IMG/VR virus record: IMGVR_UViG_3300042691_017518
Coordinates: 1,010 to 65,009 of that record
Length of the DNA: 64,000 bases
Source: a virus
Taxonomy: Duplodnaviria; Caudoviricetes
Strand: one strand, 5' to 3'
Part shown: piece after piece, positions 49,201-58,729 of the stretch
Numbering within the stretch: the stretch's first letter is position 1
How the letters are laid out: each line of letters starts with the position of its first letter
The notes under the pieces: model-generated
Seen by the model: the letters and a program-made list of their open reading frames with translations, nothing else
What the model was told of the DNA's origin: nothing
Database searches by the model: none
Made by a program: the position numbers and the translations under genes

Positions 49201-51364
49201 GTCTTGGATCATTCGGATTAGTTACATATATAGGTTTAGGTTTTACAGGATCTCCTGGTCCACCTAACATTCCTCCTTCTGCGTATTGATTAGGGTTTTC
49301 TTTATGCCATTGTTTAGTTGCAGCTATTCCATCTGCTACTGTTTTAGCTCCTGCTTTAGTAGTAAGATCTATAGTATCCCATTGACCTTTATCCATTGTA
49401 GGATGATTAACTATTATGTGACCTTCCATTCCTTCTCCATTTCCTGTAGGAGAAGTTTTCTTATAGATCTTATGTTTCTCTCCTCCAGCTACTACAAGTT
49501 TTCCTCCTTTTGCAAATTTAGTAGCACCTGCACTAAAAGGATCTGCTAAGTATTGAACAGGAGTTAAACCTGCTGCTCGCATAGCTGCCTTTTGCTCTGG
49601 AGTCATAGTTTTTAATAACTCCATATTATTAAGTCTCTCTGCTTCTAATGCTTGTTGATTTTCTTTAGCTGCAGGAGAATTAGCAACTTTTTCTAAGTAA
49701 CTAGAGTATTGTGTATTTCCAAAACTATTAGGAATTTCTCTTGGAGTTGCAACTCCTGTTACAGGATTAAAATCTTTTACTACTTGTCCTGTATAAGGAT
49801 CTGTATAATAGTTAGTCTTAGCTACTTCAGGTATAGGAGGAGTAGAAGGAATAACGGTATTTATATTTACTGGTCCTGGAGCAATAGGAGAACCTGCTTG
49901 GTTTCTTTCCCAATTTTCTGCAGCAGTTACATAATCACCTACTGTTTTAAAATTAGCTGTAGCAGCACCACTAGTAATTTGGTTTCCAATTCCAGGTAAA
50001 GAAGTTAAAGGTAGACTTAAATTATGTCCTTGTGGAATCATGCTATAATCTCCCATCCAAGAATTTCTATTAGCAAGATTAAAAGGAGTTCCTGCAGGAG
50101 CATTATCAGGAGGTAATAAAGCTCCTCCTTCTGCATATATCCCAGGATAAGGCGCAGAGGATGATGCATAAACACTGTTATGTAAATTAGTTCCTCCTTG
50201 TTTAAAACTATCTTCAGGTAAACTATAAGGTCTAGGAAACTGTCCGCCTGTTCTGTATTCTCTAGCAATTTTTCTTCCTTGAGCTAGCATTTCTTCACTA
50301 GGCTCTTTGCCTTCTTTTCCTGCTCTTTTATTGGAAGCAGCCTTAGCTCTAATATTATCCCAAAGACCTCTTGGAGAATAACTACCGTCAGCACGTTTAA
50401 TCATTCCTCCTTGAGCATAATAGTTTCCTGGTTGAGAAGCGTAGATACTTGTAGCATAATCAAATACTCCTTGATCTTCCCCAAATGGCCCACCTTCTCT
50501 AAACATATTTCCTAATGCAGAAGCGTAAGTACTTTGTAATAATTTGCCGTTAATGTCTCTATCATGAAGAGGTCCTCCATCTGCAAACTTTTCTGTAAGA
50601 CTTACAGGTTTAGGATTTGGATTTGCTAGTAATTCTTTTTGTGCTTGAAGTTCTTGATCTAAATAATAGGGGTCTACAAAAGAACTTCCAGGAAATGGAG
50701 ATCTAGTCCCATACCCCATAGGCATTTGGTAAGTATCTGACAAATACTTTATATGCTTTAAATTTTCTTTATCGCTTTTATTATTATAAACTAATTCAGC
50801 TCCTCTAGTATTGTTACTCATGTCATCATAACTTTGACTACTATTTTCAAAATTAGCTGCTTCATGTGCTGCTCCTAAAAGCAGTGAACCAATATATCCT
50901 AAAGTAGGAGAACCAGTTGCATCAGCAATTGCTTTAGCAGTATGATAGCCTGCATTTGCGTGACGAATATTATCTACATTATCTTCTCCTTTTGGTGCAT
51001 GGAATTCTCCTGCTCTTCCTGCCCTACCCATTGCGTCATTAAGCCTACTATTAATAGTTCTTTCAATACCTGGTTTAGGTATCCAAGCCATTTTATCTAT
51101 CTTGGCATTTTTGTTTAATTCTTTTGTTCTATTACCTGTTGGATCTTGAATAGGTTGAAATTTAAAATCAGTTACATCATTACTAATATACCATTGGTTA
51201 CCTATTTTTTTGTATTTATTTTTAGTATCACCGTAGGTATAGTATTCTGTTTTTGGAGGATTATTTAAAGAACCTCCTGCTGCAAAAGGCAATGCTGTAG
51301 TATCTCGATATATCGGCGTTCCTGCTGATTTATAGTAAGTCGGTATGTTTTTAGGCTTCTTCAT
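46226..51364 (-). CDS. modular (polyvalent) virion protein, 1712 aa, with C-terminal protein kinase-like domain
   Basis: IGEGSFGSVY, LVKI, DFMNPENIMY, LIDL near C-terminus; 13 [FY]xxGG motifs separating modules. Confidence 0.8.
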   Translation of the reverse strand: MKKPKNIPTYYKSAGTPIYRDTTALPFAAGGSLNNPPKTEYYTYGDTKNKYKKIGNQWYISNDVTDFKFQPIQDPTGNRTKELNKNAKIDKMAWIPKPGIERTINSRLNDAMGRAGRAGEFHAPKGEDNVDNIRHANAGYHTAKAIADATGSPTLGYIGSLLLGAAHEAANFENSSQSYDDMSNNTRGAELVYNNKSDKENLKHIKYLSDTYQMPMGYGTRSPFPGSSFVDPYYLDQELQAQKELLANPNPKPVSLTEKFADGGPLHDRDINGKLLQSTYASALGNMFREGGPFGEDQGVFDYATSIYASQPGNYYAQGGMIKRADGSYSPRGLWDNIRAKAASNKRAGKEGKEPSEEMLAQGRKIAREYRTGGQFPRPYSLPEDSFKQGGTNLHNSVYASSSAPYPGIYAEGGALLPPDNAPAGTPFNLANRNSWMGDYSMIPQGHNLSLPLTSLPGIGNQITSGAATANFKTVGDYVTAAENWERNQAGSPIAPGPVNINTVIPSTPPIPEVAKTNYYTDPYTGQVVKDFNPVTGVATPREIPNSFGNTQYSSYLEKVANSPAAKENQQALEAERLNNMELLKTMTPEQKAAMRAAGLTPVQYLADPFSAGATKFAKGGKLVVAGGEKHKIYKKTSPTGNGEGMEGHIIVNHPTMDKGQWDTIDLTTKAGAKTVADGIAATKQWHKENPNQYAEGGMLGGPGDPVKPKPIYVTNPNDPRLLAHNDSLSRAQLSHHIMNYADALIAAKTQDQKKKVAQNYIQTRDKNRYSEKAEGAFKRHPDWKGKDISSKYKKSWYDFTTAKDDLRLDDAHAVPYKGSLFVGMDDYPSELFPFPKQKVILKKSKVEPTTVDWSKSHDFALSKSSYEKKYPPIYLSDPNDPRIDGYTEAGNQYLYKPVAPKTNPKLEILNLPTKKLPQIETQIIPNNYNYIPQKYKPIQVANRSQTIMEADPDREGKYRMKEMRQVPYSAYFPGEGWQPANAPRVLYIDSKGNEVEERPKELKQLDLQGVTFENGGSILSMSNTPQLEGEGKDLTYPDGAYVYNYGGKLFAPGGPIYPTNQQLAQFLNPEYQRVTQGQEVTVRPNAYQMQQAKNKAAGINKYDPLVDNKPQKSETTQKTAAYSKNVAEDQKRGAELRERAAKMMAAKDAQKTGVDYNTALESANKAVQSSNFNSGEYIQKEDAKNIGSGPASETVAKKSTAPQSYGSRAWDMITNPQVAFEYAVRTGDFRNMPHNYNDMLMAGIDPSAGKGANLVGDALNASTNLVDAGDKVVRNIGEGNYFTAAMQGLRFLPSNGLVGNVLGRERGLLGATKYYKPAAISKEEALANLANEYKVNRLFDAMEGATSFRGDLQSSKALPVNLFNNSIADVIKYKQLNNTIKKNIDPATGKLTSTFRFGDYGDLQNQWMSRVANEQGLPLNLSYENKIGEGSFGSVYPTTIDKNLLVKIGEEPKHETLESLQSLVDLGKQYQDKPHIALPLSVVKINNSARPELKTLKVMNRVPGEPGIPADPSREAIDRFISEVEDLQSKGVSYDFMNPENIMYDSATDKFSLIDLNTKHPDPDSYWSMNIGYTEPGAAKAVMQSKFPQAYPESFLNRGPIQDVSRGKIDWNAIGKNQNAGSKERFRAAVELREKLEDLRVRALENNVDPDLVNEAIKNGASIRSIEDAIHSGKLYNIKDTKDIDWKNLSAIQFKMGGQARVIKSSQLFNR

Positions 51365-54300
51365 TAGAACATTTGGTAATCAAAGTAAGACATCAAACGA
51401 TTTGTAATCAACTCTTTATTATCTTGATTGTCGAAGTATAAAGTTAAAATAAAATATGTACTACGCAAACGACCTTGTTTAGAAACACTTAATTGATCTC
51501 TAGGAATTTTAACTCTCCATTTATCAAACTTACGCATGATTCTTCCTGAAGAGAATGGAGTCTTAAGAGTATCTTGATATTGAGTTTGAATTCTAAATGC
51601 AGTAATAGTTTTAGTTCTATCAATAACTTTATTATCATCTCTAACTATACTGTTGAATTCTATTGTTCTAAGAACTTTATTCATATCTGCTTGTGGGTTA
51701 ATCACTAAGCTAATAGAACATTCTTCTGTATTACCATAAAACTCTCCCCAATTTCCTATATTATGAGTATAAACTGTATCTGGTTGAGAAGGATCAGAAC
51801 TCATTAATATATCAGAATTCTCTACCCATATTTTAGGTGTAGCGGAATATCTTGAAGAAAACTGTTGCATTAAATCATCTAGTACTATACTGTCATCTTC
51901 TAGATTTAATTCTTCAGGAGTTTTAACATCTGCGTTGGCAGCTAGTTCAAAAAATATTGTTAGAGGATTTTCTCCTGTTGTAAAAGTATCTGTTACTAAA
52001 AAGTAAGTATCAGTTTTTGGTATATATACAACTGTTCCTTGAGTATACTCTGTATTAATAGTAAGTAGTTTATAATCTCCTGATCCTAAGAAAGTAAAGA
52101 TAACTTCATCATTTATTTTATCATATCCTATAGCTACCCCTTTTTTAAGAATAGAGTTATCTCCTCCATCTTCTTTTCTAAAGAATACAGCATCAGGCAA
52201 TGCTTGTAACCAAGAGTGAATTCCTTTTACTTCTGATATAGGTGTGTTAGTACTTTTAATTCCTGCTCCAGCAAGTTGGTACAACTTTCTAGAAATAGCA
52301 TCAAAAATATAAATACAGTTTTCAGTAGCTTTTACTCCATATTGATGAATTGCTCCATGCTCCTTAGAGTAATATTGATGCTTACCAAATCCCGCACCTA
52401 TACCTAATTGTGTAGGAACTCCGTCTAAAGTTGTAGTAATAGCTGCTCTATTAATCGCAAAGATTCCTATTCCTTTATCTTGAATAAAATAAACTGTATC
52501 TCTCCAGTTTAAAATTTTATTGATAGGGCCGTAATCATCTACGTCATAATAACTATTGAGAGGAAACTGTGTCCATGAATCTATGACTTCTCCATTAGTT
52601 TTAACATTAGAAAGATATGTTCTCACATCATTGACTAAACAATTTGCTGTTCCTTCTGGTTTTATAAAGTAAGTGACAGTAGAATTTTCTACAGAATTTA
52701 CAGCATTATACGCATACATTTCTGCTGCTGTTTTGCCATAAGTAGTATTAGTATTATTAGTCTCTTGTCTAAATGCAATTATTTCAGTGCCACTAAAAGT
52801 ATATTTAACTCCTGTTTTTATTGTAGCTCCATATGCTAAATCTACATTAATACTAGACTCTACAGGATAAATTGCAGTTTCAGTATCATCTCCTGTATAT
52901 TTATTACTAGCTAAGTTTCCATAGAAATTAGTATCAAACTCCATTGTCTGCGGTTGCACTGTAAACATATTGATAAAAGTGTCTCCTCCAAATACTATTG
53001 GGTTTAAAACTGTTTTATCTATAACTGGAGAAGCTTGAATAAAAATATTATTTTCTAATGCATTTTGATTATAGCCGCCATATACTTCTAATTTAGGCAA
53101 TACATAGTCTATAAGTGGATAAGCATCGTGAGAGATTCCAATATTAGGAGCTCCTGTAAAAGGATCTTTTACATAAATGTAAGATACATAAGGAGCTTTA
53201 AAATAATTAAAAGCAGAATATGTAGGCAGGGCTATTCCAGTTAATATATCAGTTTGTATATTACTTAGTACTCCTATAATACTTGTACCTGCTTTATTAA
53301 GTGTACCTCCTTTAGGATTATTTAAATCAGCGCCTGTAGTTAAATATGCATCAGTAGCATAATAATTACGCATGTAATAACTTGCTGAGTATCCATCAGA
53401 AAAACTAGGGGTAACTTTAGTAGTATAATCTGAGGTATCAGGCATTTTTACAACTTGTGTATTAGCCCATTTTTTAATATTTTCTATACTGTTATAACTA
53501 ACAGGATAAACACTTCTATAAGTTTTTCTAAAATCAAAATCAGTTATTCCTAATCCTTCCGCACTATGGTCAACTGCAGAAGGAGTATTTTGTGATAAAT
53601 TATAATAACTTCCTGTAATTAATAAACAAGGATTGTTAGATAAAGATCCCATTGTATTTTGAGATCCGCCGTAATTATAAGAAATTTCTGGGGAATAGAA
53701 TCCTAAATACTGACCTTTAATGTAATAATCTGGTTCTCCAGGTATACCGTATACTGGTGTATAAGGAGAAGGATCATTTTCTTGATCTTCTAAAGTTCCA
53801 AAAGAAGCGTTACTAAATGATAAGTTAACGGGATCAGAAACGTCAGGATACTGACGGTATAAATGTACTACTTGTCCACTTCCACTAACTTTTAAATCAA
53901 AATCATGTGTTTTATCTCCAATAGAAGCAAACCAAAATCCTTTTACAAATCCTTGCGAGTATCTTCTTTTATCAGACTCTTGTCTTTGTACTCTTACTAT
54001 TTGATAACTTTCTATTTGACCTAAAAATAAAGGACAAGTAGAAAAGTCTAAGGTAAATTCTATTCCTATATTAAAACCTATTGTATCATTAGGATTTGCT
54101 GCTCCAGGTACATCTGATCCTTTACTAGCAGTAGGCCAAAAGTTAGTCCCTGAATTATTAGTACTTCCGTCTTCTTCAGAGATATCTGGAAACTTAATAT
54201 CTCCTATATATTCTACATACGTAGCTTCTCCTTTAATAGTATAAAATACTATCCCAAATCGATAAGTTTCTCCGCGTTTGTATCCACGCATTAAACCAGA

Positions 54301-55737
54301 TAAGAATGGCGAAGCAAAATTAGGAAAGGTAGTATTTTCATAAGTGCCATACCCATCATTAAAATTATGGGTAAAAACAAAATCAGGAGTATTGCTTACG
54401 TTAGCAAATCCTTTATCTGTATTATTACCGTCTAAGGTAAAAGGTTCTAGATGAAATTTATAACTAATATTAGGACCATTTCCTCCTAAAGTAACTCCAT
54501 CATTTTGATATCTAAATTGTTCTGCAAACTGCCAGTTTTCATCCCAATGAGCATCTAAATTATAATTAGTATTAAAAGCTAAATCTAATTCTGATTTAAC
54601 AGGTCCTAATGGATTTACGGTATTCCAATCATACCCGTCAAAATTAAAGCGCTTAGTTTTAGCATCAAAAGTCTCACCAGGCCCTAATAAATCTTGAACA
54701 TCAACAGTAGATCCTTTAATATTAGAAATAACTAAAGAACTATCTTTTTGTGTAATAGTCTTTGGAGTTTTAAAAGCATAAGACTTAACTATAAAATCAA
54801 ATAATTCAATAGGAACAATTGATCCTTCTGTGCCTGTATAGTTAAAAGTTACTGTAGCATTAGTGCCTATAGATATTTGTTCTACAGCAGTAACTTCAGG
54901 TGTTGCTGTGCTGTTAGCATAATAAGCAACTATAAATTCTATTTTGTCAAAATTCGTATACCCACTAGTATCTACTTGAATCTGAATACTTTTTCCTGTA
55001 TTTACTTGAGTAGGATTTCCATTATATTGTGCAGATTGAGGTAAAGATTCTGAGTCTTCTACAATATGAAATAATATACTTGGCGGAGCAATTAATGTTT
55101 GTTTACCGTCAGTAGTAATTAGTCTATAACTAACTTGGTATTCTCCAGATAATAAAGCACCTCCACCTGTTACAATTTTTAATAAAGGTTGTGTATAAGT
55201 TATATTAGGAAAGATATCAATGTTTCCAACATCTAATGTTTCTAAATCAGGATCTTCTAAATTTACTGTTCTAAAAAAATTATTATAATCAGTCCAATAA
55301 ACTCTTTGAATACAATCTGTTTCATATCGTCCTAAAGCTTCTATAGGCCATTTCTTTTCAAAATTTAAAAGAGGATTGTAATATTTTAATTCAGGAAATC
55401 CAGGAAGTATTTCTCTAGTAGCGGTGTTGTATTGTACGTCGTAAATCCATCCTTTAGCATCTGAATCATCTGCTACAAAAAGAATTATTCTATTTCTAAT
55501 TGTAGTGTATCCGATAATTTCTGGATTGCTAGCAGTCCAACCAGAACCGTTAAAAGTTCCTGAACTAGGAATAGTAAATGCTTCGACGTTTCCTTTGATA
55601 TTAGTCCATGCTCCCATCGATTCACCTGTAGTAGTGGTTATTCGAATATCTAAAGCATCTATGTAAAGAGTTGGGTCAATACTGTCATAGGCAGTATCTT
55701 TATTCATTCCTTGATATGTATTGATATGTCTTTCCAT
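51364..55737 (-). CDS. tail muzzle / stabilisation protein (crAss-like)
   Basis: 1457 aa beta-rich; GMNKD start, VYWTD, GYKRGETYRFGIVFY, FGGDTFI, DSWTQF, YGPIN; follows ring protein. Confidence 0.8.
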   Translation of the reverse strand: MERHINTYQGMNKDTAYDSIDPTLYIDALDIRITTTTGESMGAWTNIKGNVEAFTIPSSGTFNGSGWTASNPEIIGYTTIRNRIILFVADDSDAKGWIYDVQYNTATREILPGFPELKYYNPLLNFEKKWPIEALGRYETDCIQRVYWTDYNNFFRTVNLEDPDLETLDVGNIDIFPNITYTQPLLKIVTGGGALLSGEYQVSYRLITTDGKQTLIAPPSILFHIVEDSESLPQSAQYNGNPTQVNTGKSIQIQVDTSGYTNFDKIEFIVAYYANSTATPEVTAVEQISIGTNATVTFNYTGTEGSIVPIELFDFIVKSYAFKTPKTITQKDSSLVISNIKGSTVDVQDLLGPGETFDAKTKRFNFDGYDWNTVNPLGPVKSELDLAFNTNYNLDAHWDENWQFAEQFRYQNDGVTLGGNGPNISYKFHLEPFTLDGNNTDKGFANVSNTPDFVFTHNFNDGYGTYENTTFPNFASPFLSGLMRGYKRGETYRFGIVFYTIKGEATYVEYIGDIKFPDISEEDGSTNNSGTNFWPTASKGSDVPGAANPNDTIGFNIGIEFTLDFSTCPLFLGQIESYQIVRVQRQESDKRRYSQGFVKGFWFASIGDKTHDFDLKVSGSGQVVHLYRQYPDVSDPVNLSFSNASFGTLEDQENDPSPYTPVYGIPGEPDYYIKGQYLGFYSPEISYNYGGSQNTMGSLSNNPCLLITGSYYNLSQNTPSAVDHSAEGLGITDFDFRKTYRSVYPVSYNSIENIKKWANTQVVKMPDTSDYTTKVTPSFSDGYSASYYMRNYYATDAYLTTGADLNNPKGGTLNKAGTSIIGVLSNIQTDILTGIALPTYSAFNYFKAPYVSYIYVKDPFTGAPNIGISHDAYPLIDYVLPKLEVYGGYNQNALENNIFIQASPVIDKTVLNPIVFGGDTFINMFTVQPQTMEFDTNFYGNLASNKYTGDDTETAIYPVESSINVDLAYGATIKTGVKYTFSGTEIIAFRQETNNTNTTYGKTAAEMYAYNAVNSVENSTVTYFIKPEGTANCLVNDVRTYLSNVKTNGEVIDSWTQFPLNSYYDVDDYGPINKILNWRDTVYFIQDKGIGIFAINRAAITTTLDGVPTQLGIGAGFGKHQYYSKEHGAIHQYGVKATENCIYIFDAISRKLYQLAGAGIKSTNTPISEVKGIHSWLQALPDAVFFRKEDGGDNSILKKGVAIGYDKINDEVIFTFLGSGDYKLLTINTEYTQGTVVYIPKTDTYFLVTDTFTTGENPLTIFFELAANADVKTPEELNLEDDSIVLDDLMQQFSSRYSATPKIWVENSDILMSSDPSQPDTVYTHNIGNWGEFYGNTEECSISLVINPQADMNKVLRTIEFNSIVRDDNKVIDRTKTITAFRIQTQYQDTLKTPFSSGRIMRKFDKWRVKIPRDQLSVSKQGRLRSTYFILTLYFDNQDNKELITNRLMSYFDYQMF

Positions 55738-55746
55738 TAGATTGTA

Positions 55747-56571
55747 TTAAGAAGTCGCTGGATTCGGTCCTTGTGCTGCACCTGTAAGTACGTTGATTGT
55801 AGATACAAGAGCGATACCTGCTTTAGGTCTAAACTTACGTTGTTCTGGTAATTGCATATTAGCAAAGAATGAAGCATGTGCTTGTACATCTGGGATAGTA
55901 CGTAGTACTGAATTCTTAACTGTCTCAGCTTCGTCTACGCCATTCCATTGCTTAGCATGATTTACTGCTTGAGCAAAGTACCATTCTTTATCTCTTTCTA
56001 TAATTTGAAACTTATCTCCTGATAACTCATTACGAAGCCAAAGTTTTCTAGCTATACGATGAGCAATATAATGTGCTCCTGCTTCCATCCATTGCTGCTC
56101 TGCAGGAATAGTAGGATAACCACAATCGTCAGTTGGTATGGCTGAATAGCTCATTGCTACAAATCCTTTAGCCATAGAAGGAAAAATGTAACCTTGGCCA
56201 ACTGTATAAGTTTCTCTGGATTCTGTAGTATAATCTCTGTTGTCTAGATGATAGCGCTTATGAAAGTAATCAGTCTTCCATCTCATTGGGTATAAAGTTC
56301 CGTGTCCGCATTCTGCTTCTTCTAGAGTTTCTATACCAACAATATGGGCTACCTGGCCTATTTTGTAAAGGTCAAATGGTAAATCTCCACGACCGTCACA
56401 TATTTCAATATAGGCAATTCTTTCCTCCATAGTCACACCTACATTAGTATGAGCCATAAACTCTGCTAGCCATTCGATACCTTCTTCTTCTTTGATATCG
56501 TAATTAAAGCCAAAATCCCTGATAGTTTTATCAAGGATTGCTTTGTATGAAACGGTCTTTCCTGCGTGCAT
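55747..56571 (-). CDS. tail ring / adaptor protein
   Basis: 274 aa, position immediately before muzzle gene; Y.AIPTDD.GYP.IP motif. Confidence 0.65.
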   Translation of the reverse strand: MHAGKTVSYKAILDKTIRDFGFNYDIKEEEGIEWLAEFMAHTNVGVTMEERIAYIEICDGRGDLPFDLYKIGQVAHIVGIETLEEAECGHGTLYPMRWKTDYFHKRYHLDNRDYTTESRETYTVGQGYIFPSMAKGFVAMSYSAIPTDDCGYPTIPAEQQWMEAGAHYIAHRIARKLWLRNELSGDKFQIIERDKEWYFAQAVNHAKQWNGVDEAETVKNSVLRTIPDVQAHASFFANMQLPEQRKFRPKAGIALVSTINVLTGAAQGPNPATS

Positions 56572-56849
56572 TACATTAAGCCTTTAAGTACTGATTCTAG
56601 TCTTTCAGCAATTCCTGAAGAAGATTCATCTCGCATCGGATCTTCCGTTGTTACAGATTTTTCTTCATCATATTGCCAGCAACCTTCTTTATCTTTGTAG
56701 CGTTTACAAACAGTTTTAATAAAACCGCCTTCTACTTGCTCTACTTTAATTTCTTCTGAGCTACCATCTTCAAACTCTTTACGAGTTATCTTCACTACTG
56801 ATTCTACATCTTTAGAAGAACCTTTGTCTTCCATCATTTCACTATCCAT
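56571..56849 (-). CDS. small acidic hypothetical protein
   Basis: 92 aa, overlapping start/stop with neighbours. Confidence 0.65.
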   Translation of the reverse strand: MDSEMMEDKGSSKDVESVVKITRKEFEDGSSEEIKVEQVEGGFIKTVCKRYKDKEGCWQYDEEKSVTTEDPMRDESSSGIAERLESVLKGLM

Positions 56850-57384
56850 AATAAAATACTTTTCTGTTAGGGTCTTTTACAACCTTAGCAATTAAACGAG
56901 AAAATTGTCTAGAAGCTTTAAACTTATAAAAACTTTTAAACTTTAAATTAATTGTAGCTTTATCCCAATGGTGATCATAAAATTCTTGATTGCTATGATC
57001 GTTCTCGTGATAAATTACTTTTTTATTTGGTATTTCTGTAATCTCTTGTCTAGATAAACCAGGATGTTTACCGTGCCAGTAGGCCCAAGTCTCATGCCAG
57101 TTTACTTTTAAACTTTTAAAACGAGTTCCGTCTTTCTTAAAAAATTTAAGAGGATTACTTCTTACTCTTAGTTTTCCTACTCTATTTACTTTTAATTCTA
57201 AACCTTCTTCTACTACACTTGTACTAAAAGCAGTAAGTAATTCTTTAATAAAATTATTATAAACAGGTCTGTTAACTAAAACTTCTTTAGAGTTTTTGAC
57301 ATAGAAATCATAGAAATCATTTTTCTTAATGTTTCCTTTCAGCTTTCCTTCGCCTCTTTTAAGATATGTATTAGTCTTTTGCAC
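56842..57384 (-). CDS. basic IHF/HU-like protein of crAss-type tail module
   Basis: Helical N-terminus then ELKVNRVGKLRVR and FKASRQFSR, HU/IHF-like pattern; GTG start. Confidence 0.55.
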   Translation of the reverse strand: MQKTNTYLKRGEGKLKGNIKKNDFYDFYVKNSKEVLVNRPVYNNFIKELLTAFSTSVVEEGLELKVNRVGKLRVRSNPLKFFKKDGTRFKSLKVNWHETWAYWHGKHPGLSRQEITEIPNKKVIYHENDHSNQEFYDHHWDKATINLKFKSFYKFKASRQFSRLIAKVVKDPNRKVFYYG

Positions 57385-58093
57385 TGTTACCTGTTATAGT
57401 AGCGTTAGTATCTGCTCTTTGATCTTCAGCATTGTTAGCATCATCAAGAGGATACATTCCTTTCTGAGCCAATTGCTGAATAATATAAGGCTTCATATAT
57501 GCCCACATCCATTGATTTAATGGATAAGGGTCTGTTGGTTTCCAACAAGTTTGATTTGTTTCACAGTTGATATAATCTCCAAGAGCAGTAGGGTCTTCGA
57601 AGATGCCTCTCAATGTAATATACTTAAGCATTAAATGCGCAGGATTCTTACTAGTTACATACATGTAACCTCCGTAAAGAAATGCGTAAATACTATTCTG
57701 TGTAGTCCTGCCTTCTCCTATGTAAGGTACTCTAGAGTAATCTATAAGTATAAAGCGTGGTTTCATGATATCAGCAGGCCCCACAGAAGTAATGCCTTTA
57801 GTGTAAAAAAATTCTATCGTATTTGGAATTTGCTTTTTAGTTCTAAGAACTTTACAACCTGTAGGAACTGAAATACAACAATCTATAGGATCAACTAATT
57901 CTAATTCCATACATTTTAGATCCTGAAGTACATAAGGATCTATAGAACGGTTTTTATTGTATTCATTACGAATCCATAAAGCTCGTTGCTCATTGATTAA
58001 GTCCGTGTATAATTCATAAGAATACGAAGATTCTATTGAGTTAATCGCAAGGAACTCATCTATTTGTGCTTGGTAATCTTGAAGTGACAGCAT
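57371..58093 (-). CDS. tail ring protein
   Basis: 240 aa, RALWIRNEY, LRTKKQIP, GIFEDP, YPL, DDANNA; tail module context. Confidence 0.65.
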   Translation of the reverse strand: MLSLQDYQAQIDEFLAINSIESSYSYELYTDLINEQRALWIRNEYNKNRSIDPYVLQDLKCMELELVDPIDCCISVPTGCKVLRTKKQIPNTIEFFYTKGITSVGPADIMKPRFILIDYSRVPYIGEGRTTQNSIYAFLYGGYMYVTSKNPAHLMLKYITLRGIFEDPTALGDYINCETNQTCWKPTDPYPLNQWMWAYMKPYIIQQLAQKGMYPLDDANNAEDQRADTNATITGNSAKD

Positions 58094-58098
58094 AATAA

Positions 58099-58106
58099 CA
58101 AATATA
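58099..58106 (-). promoter_or_regulatory. Bacteroidota-type -7 promoter element (TATATTTG)
   Basis: Exact TAnnTTTG 6 nt upstream of the 58093 start. Confidence 0.55.
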
Positions 58107-58121
58107 CGATTTTATTAATAA

Positions 58122-58262
58122 CTATCGACCCTGTCCTTTATAAGCTTTCTTATAGTTTCTAGAGTGTTTAGATTTAGAAATTTTAGTTTTCGCATGTACG
58201 CCTGGGCGTGATACTTTAACTGAAGCTTTTCTTCCTACTGATGATGTGTTTGTTTTAGCCAT
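58122..58262 (-). CDS. small very basic protein (46 aa, not in ORF track)
   Basis: TAATG coupling to endolysin stop; [49 protein letters not shown]. Confidence 0.75.
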   Translation of the reverse strand: MAKTNTSSVGRKASVKVSRPGVHAKTKISKSKHSRNYKKAYKGQGR

Positions 58263-58729
58263 TATTCCTTGATTTCAAAGTGCATCCAGTCATAGTCTTT
58301 TTCTACTCCTAAAGAAATAAATCCATGTCTGTAAAATATATCTATCATAGGTTGGTATTCTGGCCTAGCAAAACGTGCAGTACGTTTTGTTTCTTTTAAT
58401 GTATTTCTAGCAGGATCAAGATCTACTGCTATTCCCCAAGCATGTTTGCTCCAAGAAGCTCCTCCACGCATTTTGCGATAATTAAAACAACCACCAAAAA
58501 GATCAATGCCAAGTTCTTTTATTCTTGCTGACCCATAGTGAGAAAGAAGATCATTAAATACAGCAAGAAGATTATCTGCTATATCTTTATGACATCTTAC
58601 TCTACTTGTTGTAGTGTCAGTATCCCATGCTATACGCAAAGGATAAGGACATATAATTGTAGTTAAATAACCTGCACCTGTTTCATTAGGCTTACCGTAT
58701 TTAGCTATTGTTTGCGCTGTCGTCATCAT
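58262..58729 (-). CDS. endolysin, M15 family peptidase
   Basis: [14 protein letters not shown] (SxHxxGxAxD), DWMHFE. Confidence 0.9.
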   Translation of the reverse strand: MMTTAQTIAKYGKPNETGAGYLTTIICPYPLRIAWDTDTTTSRVRCHKDIADNLLAVFNDLLSHYGSARIKELGIDLFGGCFNYRKMRGGASWSKHAWGIAVDLDPARNTLKETKRTARFARPEYQPMIDIFYRHGFISLGVEKDYDWMHFEIKE

